Shown here piece after piece: positions 52,885-64,000 of a stretch of DNA of 64,000 bases. Source of the stretch: a virus (Duplodnaviria; Caudoviricetes); IMG/VR virus record IMGVR_UViG_3300031760_004705, positions 1-64,000 of that record; one strand, 5' to 3'. Below the pieces are notes generated by a model, which was not told the DNA's origin, made no database searches, and worked only from the letters and a program-made list of their open reading frames with translations. Made by a program: the position numbers and the translations under genes. Numbering within the stretch: the stretch's first letter is position 1; the number at the start of each line of letters is the position of its first letter.

Positions 52885-55800
52885 TTATGTATAATATTTC
52901 TTAATTAAACTACCTTTATAGTTAATCATTCCATTAACTGGTACTTTAGCAAGCATAGTAGTTTTGTCTTCATCTTCAAATTCAACATCGTATCAACCAC
53001 CATCTATATAATAAAGTTTATAACTCATTATACGATTTTCATCTATGACGCCGTATACAGTATTATATTGAGGCTCTTTAATTTCTTCTTCTTCAAAAAG
53101 AGTTTCTTCCATAGTACTTCAATCATCATATATAACTCTGAAATCATCTGGTTTTCATACAACATATCTTCAATCAATATCTTGAGATAAATCAGAACTT
53201 AAAAAAACTCTAACTAAAGCATCTGTTTCTTCATTAGTTTCTAATTGATACCAATAAAAAGATCCGCCAACTTTATCTTTGTTTCCAGGAGTTATTTCAT
53301 AAACAGATGGATCTAAAATATATTCTCACTCATCTAAATAAGGCTGTCTGTCTGCAGTAGTTTTAAACATGCGGCGACCAAGAATCGCACAGTTACTCAT
53401 AGGATAATCAGATCCTAATCGTAAAGTTCCAGTTCTACCAACTACAATTTTTTGAAGTCCTAGTCCAGAATTTATTTGTTTAATACTAAGTACAGTATAT
53501 GGAGTTAAATCAAAATCACTTGCTTTTCAATATTCTAATTCTTGCGTTTCACCGACATAAGTTGATGCAGTTTCATTAACATGCTGATAATAATATTTAT
53601 GATAAATTAATTCATTAATATTAGAATTTGGTTGCCATCAACCAGAAACTTGACCAACTATATCAGTACCTACTTCATATTTTGAAGGATCTTTTAAATC
53701 TTTATATGTAACATCTCATTGAACTAAATAATCAATTGTTGCTATTTGATCATCAAATAAATAAACATCTAAGACATTAATATCAGAAGGAATTTGATAA
53801 TATCCATGCTCATTTACAAAAACAGTTCTTTTTAAAGAAGCGGCTCCGCTATCATAAGGTGATACTAATTCAAGTACTAGTTTATAACCTAGTCCATAAT
53901 TATAAATTTCTTTAAGATTTGTTCTTTGTTCATCTATTAAAGAATATACTGCAGAAGCATAAGCTGAAACAATATCTTCTTTTGAAGATCCTTCAGACGA
54001 TGTATAATCTGAAGATTCTACAGATGGTGACGATGTATAATATCATTTATTTTCTTTTTCAATTTCTATTTTTGTTAAAATATTGCCATTTACTATTTCA
54101 GTTTCTCAAGCACTAAGATATTCTGTAAGAATATCTATTGCAGTCATAGCACTTTCAGTTCCATCTTCATTTACATAATAAAATGAATTACTTGATTTTA
54201 ATAAATATTCTCAAGAAATGCTATCTGTTACTACCGATGTTCCTTGTGAATTTCTTTCAATAATTTTTAATTTTATTTGTTCATCTGCATTAGATAATGA
54301 ATCTAAATTATATCATTGTGGAACAGATCCTTTAATTCTATCATCATGAAATTGAATTTTAACACTATTTAAAGAAACAGATTCAGGAATGATTTGATAT
54401 TTAGAACCCAATCCTTCATAATTCATTTCAATCTTTTTTATAATTTGATCTCTAATAGAGTATCCATTAGTTGTTCCTTGAACTCCATACTGTTGACCAA
54501 TTTGATAATTTGTAACAGCAATTTGTTGAGTAATACCACTTATTAAATTTTGATTATAATCATTTTGAATTGGATATAATCCAAGAGTATCAAGAACTTT
54601 TAATGAGTATCCATCTTCAACTTCATAAACTGTAGCAGAAAAATTTCAAGTGCGGCGACCTAATTGAGTATTTGGAGTTAAAGATATTCCATCAAACATG
54701 ACTACCATATTACCTTCAGTCATAGATCGCCAAAGTTTAGGCTCGCCATTATTTAATCATTTAAGAACTTTTTCTCTAAAGACTCTTTCTCACCATCAAT
54801 TTTCATATGGATATAAATCATGCAGAGTCATTGAACTACCATTTTTACCAATTTTAGTATTTCTAACTCGCTCTTTGGTAGGTGTATCTGGTTTATCTAT
54901 CCAATCATGATATGTTCCATAACTTCCAGATTCGTTTTCAAGAACTGTGTCATTACGAATTAAATATTTTCCATTCATATTATTATCATATGCAATTAAA
55001 TCTGCTTGATATTCTTTAGCCATTTCATTTAAAAATGTTCTATTAAAATCACTTTCCGCAGTAATTAAACCATTAATTGTAAATTGTTTATAATCTAATC
55101 GTGCATTTTCTGCAAATTTAGGATATTTTCCTCCTAAAGTATCAATTTTAACTCTGGTTTTTACCGGAGTCATAGAATTAACTTGAGCATTATAACGAAT
55201 AGCCAATTGTCTATCTTTATCTCTAACTAAAATATCATGAAAATTAGGATATACCTCTTGACTTTCAACTAATCTTGTTCAAGCATTTTTAAGAGTTTGA
55301 TATTGAACGGTATAAACATATCTTATTAAACTACCCACAGTATTGTCTGTAATTTCACAATATACATTTTGTGGATCGTTTGAATTTTCTTCTTCACCTT
55401 CTTTTGGATTTCCTCCTAAGAAGCCTTTGCAATAAATTAATTCAGAAGTTTGAAATCTGTCTAAACTACTTTTTCTTCGAACATATAAATAGCCGGGAGG
55501 AAGATCTCCGCATTCAATAGTAAAGTTAATAATTCCATCTTCTTCTGTAACAATTTCATTTGTCTCTAATCCATGATCTGGAATAGTTAATGTTTTAAAA
55601 TTCCAAATTGGAAGAAATTCTACTGCATAATCTATAAGAGAAAATTCATATGTTTTAGTAAAAGTATAATTATTATTTGTTGTAAAAATTATTTGAATAA
55701 AATAATTAGCATTTACTGGATATGTAGTATTATTTGAAACATCTAATAAATAGGTAAAACTATCTTTTTCAGCTAAAAGCGCTGTATATTGAGTTTCACT

Positions 55801-56541
55801 TTGAAATAATATTTGCCCTTTGCTATTTGAAGTTCTTATATAATAACTTTTAAGATATTCTCCATGATTGGTTGTGGTATTAGAGCTTCCATCTGTAAAA
55901 GTTAAAAAACCTGTTAAATTAATTGTACCAGGCAAATATTGTGGAATAGACTGCTCTTCGTTAGCAGAATCATTTACATCTCCACTATTCTCTGCTTGAC
56001 TTCAAGCAGTCGCATCACTAAAGTTTTTAAGGAAGCAATCTACTCTTGGAATGGCTTTTAATAAACAAATACTAGACCATTCTGAAAAATATACTCTGTT
56101 TCTAGTAAGATAATCTGCACTATTTATAACTGATTGATTTGAAGAACTATCAAAACGTAATTGTACTTTATAATAATAATCTATTGTAAAGACTTTATTA
56201 TCAGTATTGTTTTGATTTTTTAATAGCATTCTTGGAATAGTTAAGTGTCATAAATTATCTTTATCACAATGTAATATATCTTCTATTTCTCTAAAAGGTA
56301 ATATTCAAACACTATTAAGTAAAACACCTGCGGGAATAGCTTGTTTTAATCCTTTATTTGATCCTTCAAAAGCATTTTGATTAGTTTTTTGATTTACTAA
56401 AGAAACATGTAAAAAATTTATCATATTAGCCGTATTATAAGGAGAAATAGAGAACTCTATTGTTGGATCTCCATCATACGGAAAAGCTGGCATGAAGGTA
56501 TCAATTAAAGGAGGATAAAGAGTATTTAATACTGTTGCCAT
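52885..56541 (-). CDS. Large tail/baseplate protein (1218 aa, many TGA=Trp)
   Basis: Track ORFs 56305, 56002, 55279 and 54796 share one frame; LYPPLIDTFMPAF, KIDTLGGKYP, FREKVLK[W]LNNGEPKL[W]RSMTEGN. Confidence 0.75.
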
Positions 56542-56559
56542 TTTATCCTCCTTTCTTTT

Positions 56560-56847
56560 TTATACATTTTTAACGTTTTGATCTATACCATCACCAGTAA
56601 CACAATAATATTCCATAATAGTACTTCCATTTACAGGTGTTTCTATAGCACCATGAGGCCGAGCATATTTCATAAACATTGGCTGTTTAAAAAAATCTTG
56701 AATTTGAGTAAAAAAATCCGCTAAAGAATATCCAGTATTATTGTTGTTTTCGCTATTTCCTCTAAATACTTGGTCAAATCCAATATAAAGATTAATATCT
56801 TGTTTACTACCATTTATGGTTGCTATTATCTTACGCAATAAAGCCAT
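56560..56847 (-). CDS. Hypothetical protein (95 aa)
   Basis: ATG 56847 with SD GAGGAGG; TAA stop. Confidence 0.6.
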   Translation of the reverse strand: MALLRKIIATINGSKQDINLYIGFDQVFRGNSENNNNTGYSLADFFTQIQDFFKQPMFMKYARPHGAIETPVNGSTIMEYYCVTGDGIDQNVKNV

Positions 56848-57073
56848 TATCATCTTCCTCCTCTTTATTATGAGCGGAAGATGCGGCTGCCATTTCATAT
56901 GCTTTTTGTTGTTCTAAAAGATAGTCTTGCAAAGCCTTATCTTTTAAAGATAATAAAATTTTAGACATAGCATCTTCCATCATTGCTGCTGAAATATTAT
57001 ATTGACTCATAGTTGAATCAATTCATTGTTGTAATGAATATTGTAATTCAAAACGCAATTGTAAATTATTCAT
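56831..57073 (-). CDS. Hypothetical helical protein (80 aa, 1 TGA=Trp), absent from the track
   Basis: SD AAGGA; MNNLQLRFELQYSLQQ[W]IDSTMSQYNISAAMMEDAM.. Confidence 0.6.
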
Positions 57074-57103
57074 ATCCTTTTATCTCCTTAATTTTTTAAT
57101 TAA

Positions 57104-60100
57104 TTAGTCTGTTGAAGTGGTTGATGAAGGTATAGAAACAGTAACTTTATTGTTTGTAACGCTAAATTCTTTACTGTATGCATCAACTGTATGAGTATGA
57201 CCATGAGCTGCATAAGTTGTACTACCAATTTTATTTTTAATTCAAGTGCTTCAATCGGTCTTAGTATCGCCAGTAATCAATTTTTTAACTCAATCGCCTC
57301 ATCCAGTCGTAGTGTCGCCTTTAACCGCGAGTGCTACTTCTCCTGCAAATCCATTATCACCTCAAGAAATATCACTTTTACTTATTGTAAAAGTTTGATC
57401 TGATATTGCGCTAAAAACTGGTCGTTCATTTGTTAATGTTATGTTTGTTCCGTGAAGAGTAAATGTACCGTTATATTTACTAATTGAAAAAGAATTAGTA
57501 GTACCAGAAGCTGTATTTGTTACAGCAGTTCCATCTCCATGAAGTGTAGCACCCTTTATTGCGCCATCAGCAGTAATATCGCCACCAATACCGCCCGCTT
57601 TAGTTACAGTAATATTACCTTTATTTGTAGCAATATCACCCTCTTTAGTAGTAATATTACCCTTATTCGTAGTAATATTACCTTTTTTAGTAACAATATT
57701 ACCTTCTTTAGTAGTAATATTACCTTTTCTAACTAATATCTGTTTACCTACAGTTAAAGTACCGCCAAAAATAACATTCTTGTTAACAGACAAACCAACA
57801 CTTGGATTTTTAAGTAATCCTCCTTGAACACTTAAACCATTTGAATTATATTGAGGGGCTGTTACATAAAAATTTTCTCTGTATTGTCTTGTATCTCCAG
57901 CAGTATAATGTTCTGGATAAATACCAATTCTTGCAGTCGCCGTACGCACTTCAAATACTGGATAAGAACTTGCTGCTTTTTTAGGATTATTATTTTTAAA
58001 ATCTGCGTTATTACTTAAAGCTGATGCTCAGCCATTATTAGAAGAATTTAAAATTAATTCTGCAGATGTTCCTGAATTTCCAGTAATGGAAGGGCCAGCT
58101 TTTAATAAAATTTGTGGATTAGATTCTGTATAAAGATTTCCTTCTCCAAGACTAGAAACATTAACTTCAAAATTATCTTGCATTTTTAATAAAATATTAG
58201 ATTCTGCATTTAATCCAATATTAGACTGTGTCATAGACAAGCCATTATAATTATTAGTATCTATAAGAAAACCAGCAATTAATGATTGACCTTCAAGTTT
58301 ATAACCCTCATCTGTAAAAAATCCAAAACGACGATTAACTTTTTCATCTTCATTAATTGTTTGAAGTTGTACATCAAAATCTGTAAATGTTTTTGCTTGT
58401 GAAATAATAGATATTCCACCACCAGTAGAATTAAATAATTGTATACCATTAGAATCGCCTATTAATTCAATTATATCATCTTCGTATCCAATACTAGTAT
58501 TATTGTCATCAAAAAGTTCTGTACGATTTGTAACTATTTTTCCATAATACTTACCCGCATAAAAAGAATAATCTTTTTGAGATATAAAATTTTCTGTCGA
58601 TACATATTTTACAGATTCTATTGGTTCAATACTACCTGTTATTTGAACATATTGTCTTTTTTCTGAATCTTTATATATATATCCAGGATTTAATTCTGAA
58701 TATACTAAATCATTTTTATTTATATAATAAAAAACACCATTCATACCACGAACAACATTATATTCTTTTAATGAATCATCATATTTTTTCATTGATGAAC
58801 CAGTTCAAAAATATAATGATGAGGTATTTAAATTATTAGCTACAAATGTATCAATAAGTTCGTTATTATCAACTCTAACAACACTTCTATATTTAGCATC
58901 AGGGTTATTGTTACTATCTTTTTCAATTGCCGTTATCTTTATAAATTTCTCCTTAATATTATCATAAAAATATTGGTCTATTGCAATTGATTTTGTCGTA
59001 ATAACATAACTTTCTTCTCCAGTATCGCTTATTTCTAAATCATATGTTGGATCGTTTTCTGCAAGATATATACTATTATTTATTTTATAATATTTTATAT
59101 TTTGATTAGACACTAAACAATAGTAATTAGTATTATTATTATTATTATTTATTTGATAATAAAATGGTATCGTAGTAGCTTTTTTATAATCTGTGCTATT
59201 AATTTTTACATATAAATCATTTTTATCTCAAGAATCTTTTTCAGCATAAACAGTTGTAGAATTTCCATTTTCATCAGTACCTACTGTAATAGATATATAT
59301 ATTTTTGGATTTGATTGCATATTAACAGTTTTATTATTAGTAGTATAAATAACAATATTTTGTCCTGCTTTTTGCTCTAATCCTATGTTAGTTTTAAAAT
59401 TACCAGCAGACATTAAAGATGATTCATAATTATCGTCTTTAAAAAGATTAAAATGAGCTTTCTTTACTTGTATTTGTAGTCCATCTTTATTTTCAGAGTA
59501 ATCATTATCTGCTCCTAATAATAAATATGTATCAGTTTTTTTAGAATTTTTAGGATCTTCTGCTGAACTAAAAGTTGGATTAGATGCTAATTTAATATTT
59601 TTTCCATATATACCAATAGGTCGAGTATATTCATTATTATTACCTAAACCACCTGTTATAAATAAAGTAGAATCTCCTCCACTATTTGGATTTATTCCAT
59701 CATTAGAAACGAATAACTGCCCAATAGTATTAGATCCTATTTTTATTTTTAATCCTGTATGAGTTGGAAAATCCATTGGAATAGGAGGTGTTACATTTAA
59801 ATTTTTTGCAAAGTCGTCGAAAGCTCTAAAAGTATTTACTGAAAATTGAGTCGTATAAACTGAATCTTCATTTTCACCAATATTTACAATACTACTAACA
59901 GTATTGGCAACAAATTCTCCTTTACCATTAATACCAGCTAAATAAGTTCTAGAACCTTCTTCATAAATCGTTCTAGTTGTAATTTCTCCATTTGAATTAC
60001 GACTAGATTGAGTTCAATTAGTACCGTTATGTCTAAAAATTGTAAATAAAGTAGGAGTCTTAGGATCTAGTTGAATTTCTAATGAATCTTCTGGACGTAA

Positions 60101-63100
60101 ATATATACCTAAATCATCCGGAGCTATATCTGTTTCTAATAATTGCCGACCTTTAATAGAAATATAGGGATCTGTTCCAGAATGCAATAAAATTCCAGAA
60201 TCTTTATAATCTATATCTTTTTCATGATGACCGCTATAAGGATCTGAACCAATTTGAGTTATTTTTCCTGTTCTAATTTCTGGAACATAATCATTAGAAT
60301 AACGAGGTCCAATCTCACCACTCTGAGTATAATAAAGACTTCGATGCCCTAATCTTCATCCACCTATTTTACTTACTCCACCTGGTCTTAATTCTATTCT
60401 ACCTTCATTGTAATCATCATTTTTTAATCCTATATAATTACCTTTTTCATCTGTTTGAATAGAATTGCCATTAGGTAATCCAAAATCTGCATTGCCAGTT
60501 TTAGCATCTAAGAAAATAGATTGGATACCATAAGAATATCCAAATAAACCTATTTGATTTTCTTCAGAAGAACTGCCAGTATAAGTATTAGTTTTACCCA
60601 TTAAAATACCGGTAAAACGATTATTAGAATCTTTTTCTCCCGCACCTACTTGCGGAGCAAGTATTGCACCACGTTCATCATCAATACTAATACTATTACC
60701 ATCTCATGCATTCACAGAATCTAAACCAAAAGTATTTAATGTCATATTAATAGGAGCATATACAGTTGCATATAATTTTATTTCTTCATCTGAATCAGGA
60801 ATATAAATTTTTGCTTCTATTCGATTATTTGTTACAGATCCATCATATACATCATTAGGTAAAACATAGATCATAGCTTCATTTGTATCATCATTTAAAA
60901 TTTGAATATTAGCATCAATAATCGCTTCTTCATATGGAGAATAAACAGATTTAAAATAAGCTTCAGGAGTTAATGCAACATTTGCTTTTGTATAAATTGT
61001 CTTGTAAAAATAATCTTGTTCTCCTATTTCAGATTTTTCAAGAGCTACATATCCATATTCATTATCTTGTTCATTAACAATAACATATTTATATAAATTA
61101 TATAGTTCATTCTCTTTTTCTGACTCTGTAGTTAATTGATAACGCGATTCTTCTCAAATTGGTAAAGGATAATATTTTTCAATAAGTTGAGATTCACCTT
61201 GTTCATTTTCTACTTGTGTAGTAATTTTATAAAAATAATTTTTATAAACAGCTTGAGAATCTCATCATTCATTCACATTTTTAGAAAATCATCAACATTC
61301 GTTTAAAGGTTTATCTTCACGTTCTTTATCTCTAATATCATTTTCTGTAAGGTCCGTTCTATGAGGAAGTTCTTCTTCAATAAATTTATTAATAGCTTCT
61401 TTTTGTAAAATCCGTAATCTTTCTTCTTTGAATTTAGCTAATAATAATTCATTTTGAGATTGAACCTTTGCTATATAATTGTCATATAGTCCAGTTCCTC
61501 CAGTTATTACTTTATTACCTTCTTCATCAAGTATTTCATTACCTTGTTCATCAACAGCTAAAGTACAATATAACTTTAAATTTTCATCTTTTTCTTTTTC
61601 ATATACTTGTCTACGCTGCTCTTCTTCTTTTTCTAATGTACTTTTTCTTTGAGATATTAATTTAGAAAAAGTATTCTTAGTATTTTTTTCTAATCCAAGA
61701 GTAAAACTAGGTTCTAATTCAAAACATTCTTGAATAATATTAGAATTATTTGATTTATTTACATCTAATCCTCCACGAGCTTCCCAATAGATGATAGAAT
61801 TTTCAGGAAGGTTCGTTAATTTTAACCCTTGATTATGATTAAAAATAGGATTGCGGCCGTCCGCATTATAAACAACATCGTTTAAATATGTTTTTTTATC
61901 AATTGCAATACGTTGCATTGGTAATAATTCATTGACTAAAGTTGAATTATTTTCATATTCAATAATAGGTAAACTAAAGAAACTGTAGTAAGTTTGTTCT
62001 GATTCTTCTTCTGTAATAGCATCTTTATTTTTTATTAAAATTTCTGATCTAATGTTCTGAAGTAATAAACTTCTAGTATCATTATGATAATTAGGATTTC
62101 ATTTAATTTCATTAGCAGTTATTTCAAAATATTTGCCCAGTTCATTTCCTCTTGAGTTTCCTGCTAAAATTCATCTTGGGTATCCCGAGGCAAAATTTAC
62201 TGAATCAATTTCTTCACCTTTTTGATAAACATGAGCTTTTAATACAGAATTTTTATTTTCAGCATTTGTAACAATTGTTTGTTTATTTTTTAGTACATCA
62301 ATATCACCATCTGAATCTGCAACATTAAACATTGCTTGAGTTTCAGTTGTATTTTCATCTATTGGAACATTTTTTTGTACATATAATGTTAGTGGTTGTT
62401 CATGAAGAACAAAATATTTATCATTTCCATTATAACTAATTTTAGAAATCATATCTGTACCATTAGTACCATTACCACCTATTTTATTAAAATAAAAATT
62501 AGTATCAGCATAAAGATCTATATCGTTAAAATTAGCATGGCAAGTAATTTGATTATTTTGCGCATCAGGATTATATAATTTTTCAATATCAAAAGTGCAA
62601 TCTGGTCCTTTTAATAATTGCTCTTGTTGTGTTGCGGGATTTAATACTAGTCCATCTGGAGGAATAATTAAAGAATTTTCTAAATTAAAAATTCATTCAA
62701 AATTAATATTTGAACTAGAAACAGAAAAAGATAATCCGGTTGGGCCTAAAATTTTTGCATGTAAAGGTTTAATTTCTAAAGGATCTTTTGTTTTAGTAAG
62801 AGTTGGAGCATTTCCATATTCATCATATTGAAATACCTGATCTCCATTTTCAATTATAATTCTATAATTTGAAGAAGCTCCCATTTTTAAATTTGTAATT
62901 TCAATAGAATCTGTACCGATATCATAATAATTAGCAGTAGTTTCTGAAATAAAGATTTTTTGAACTGTACACTCAACAGTAAAACCTGAGCTAGATAAAG
63001 AAACAGGGTATTGAATTCTTGTTGCTCTATTAGGAATCTTTGTTTCAACTAATTCATTTGTAGTTCTATCCAAATATCACATTTTAATTTTAGAAACAAT

Positions 63101-64000
63101 ATTATCTTTTAAAATATTAGAAGTGTTTTTTGAAAAAGCATCTTCTAAAAATAAAACAGATGAATTAGCACTATCTGCTATGCTTCATTGATATTTATAT
63201 AATGGAGTTTCTATACTATCATTATATCCATATTCTTGATAATTGTCTAAGTTTTCATTATCTTCAACAGAAAGAGAGTTCTCTTGAATTAAACAACTAA
63301 TTGTAGGGCTTCCTTCTGAAAAAGTAAATTCAGTGCCTAAATCAGATTCTAATTTTATTTTTGTTGAAACTGCATTATTATAAACAGTAAATGTTGTTGA
63401 TAAAGTAACTGTTTCATCAGAAGTTTTATATAAAGCTATACATTTATATAAATTTTTGTATGCTCAATTTTCATTACCGGTAGTTTGAAAAATAAATCTA
63501 CTAGTATTTTTTAATCGTTTCCATCCTATTCCCGCATAATGATAATAATCTGGATGACTAGCATTAATTACTTGTGAACTTTGTTTTAATCAAATATATT
63601 CAACATTTGCATTAGAAGTTAATTCTTCTATTTGATTTCTATAAACGTGAGCATTAAATGTAACTTTATCATCTGCAGATAAACTAGATAAAACTCCAGT
63701 ACTATTCTCTGCACATTCAACCTTTAAAGAAAAATTGTTAGATTCCGCATCAGATTCTTTCAATAAAAATAATTGAATGTTTTGACAAAATATATCATAT
63801 CCAGTTCCTTCATCTTTAGGAGCGTCACTAGGTGGCCATAATTGTTCTTGTTCTGCATCTTGATTAAATCCATCTTTAAAAAATAAAATATTTTTTATAT
63901 ATTTAAAACGAGAAAATTCTAATTTTTGAGATGGAATTATATATTGACTATTTCAATTCTTAAATGCTAAAGGATTACCCATCATTGAATCTGAAGTTAA
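57104..64000 (-). CDS. Giant tail protein (central fibre/spike-like), 5' end outside the window, more than 2290 aa with many TGA=Trp
   Basis: Nine track ORFs from 57362 to 63073 share one frame ending at TAA 57104; IGLFGYSYGIQSIFLDAKTGNADFG..GRIELRPGG; C-terminal AHGHTH. Confidence 0.8.
57610..57740 (-). repeat. About 6 x 21-bp repeat encoding (K/E)GNI(T/V)T(K/N) heptads
   Basis: KGNITTKEGNIVTKKGNITTNKGNITTKEGDIATNKGNITV. Confidence 0.85.

Noticed and set aside
59125-59165. (AAT)n microsatellite as a phase-variation switch
   Set aside because: Trinucleotide and in frame (poly-Asn), so slippage would not switch expression
25597-62831. Plus-strand track ORFs over the late arm (e.g. 39912-40574, 38244-38603, 32579-32866)
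   Set aside because: Antisense shadows of repeat-rich or GC-richer genes
25168-64000. Degraded prophage/pseudogenes or sequencing errors behind the fragmented ORF track
   Set aside because: The interruptions I traced are all TGA, keep the frame and fall at Trp-type positions; I saw no frameshifts
6035-64000. TGA as Gly (code 25) or selenocysteine
   Set aside because: Motif positions and the TGG/TGA alternation in the 60-bp repeat indicate Trp
1-64000. Mollicute (natively code 4) host
   Set aside because: A holin and GH25/amidase endolysin imply a walled host, and early genes avoid TGA

Overview
64 kb from a large, AT-rich (about 30% GC by eye) tailed dsDNA phage. The host is probably a Gram-positive anaerobe (inference from perfect sigmaA-type TTGACA-N17-TGn-TATAAT promoters, an anaerobic RNR and a peptidoglycan lysin). 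The + strand arm (1-25.1 kb) holds replication and nucleotide metabolism: type IIA topoisomerase B/A, ATP ligase, SSB-like, Sak4-like ATPase, a tRNA-Ser-like gene, DnaB, primase, RecJ, DnaE, Gmk, NrdH/D/G, dUTPase and RuvC. It converges at a bidirectional terminator (~25.15 kb) with a - strand late arm of lysis and tail genes. The phage reads TGA as Trp (code 4-like), so the supplied standard-code ORF track fragments most genes; re-reading TGA as Trp joins them into full genes that all end in TAA/TAG. Core replisome genes are TGA-free, while nucleotide-metabolism, resolvase, lysis and tail genes carry TGA. The most unusual signals are: (1) 11 neighbouring tail genes sharing an N-terminal docking-like peptide on different C-terminal modules; (2) three fibre proteins whose repeat modules are nested in complementary pairs around a central tip, implying fold-back needles; (3) strong window-wide over-representation of GCCGC/GCGGC; (4) a non-canonical tRNA-Ser(GCT) that may fold 8/4. 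All coordinates and counts were derived by hand, and family names come from recalled motifs, not database searches.
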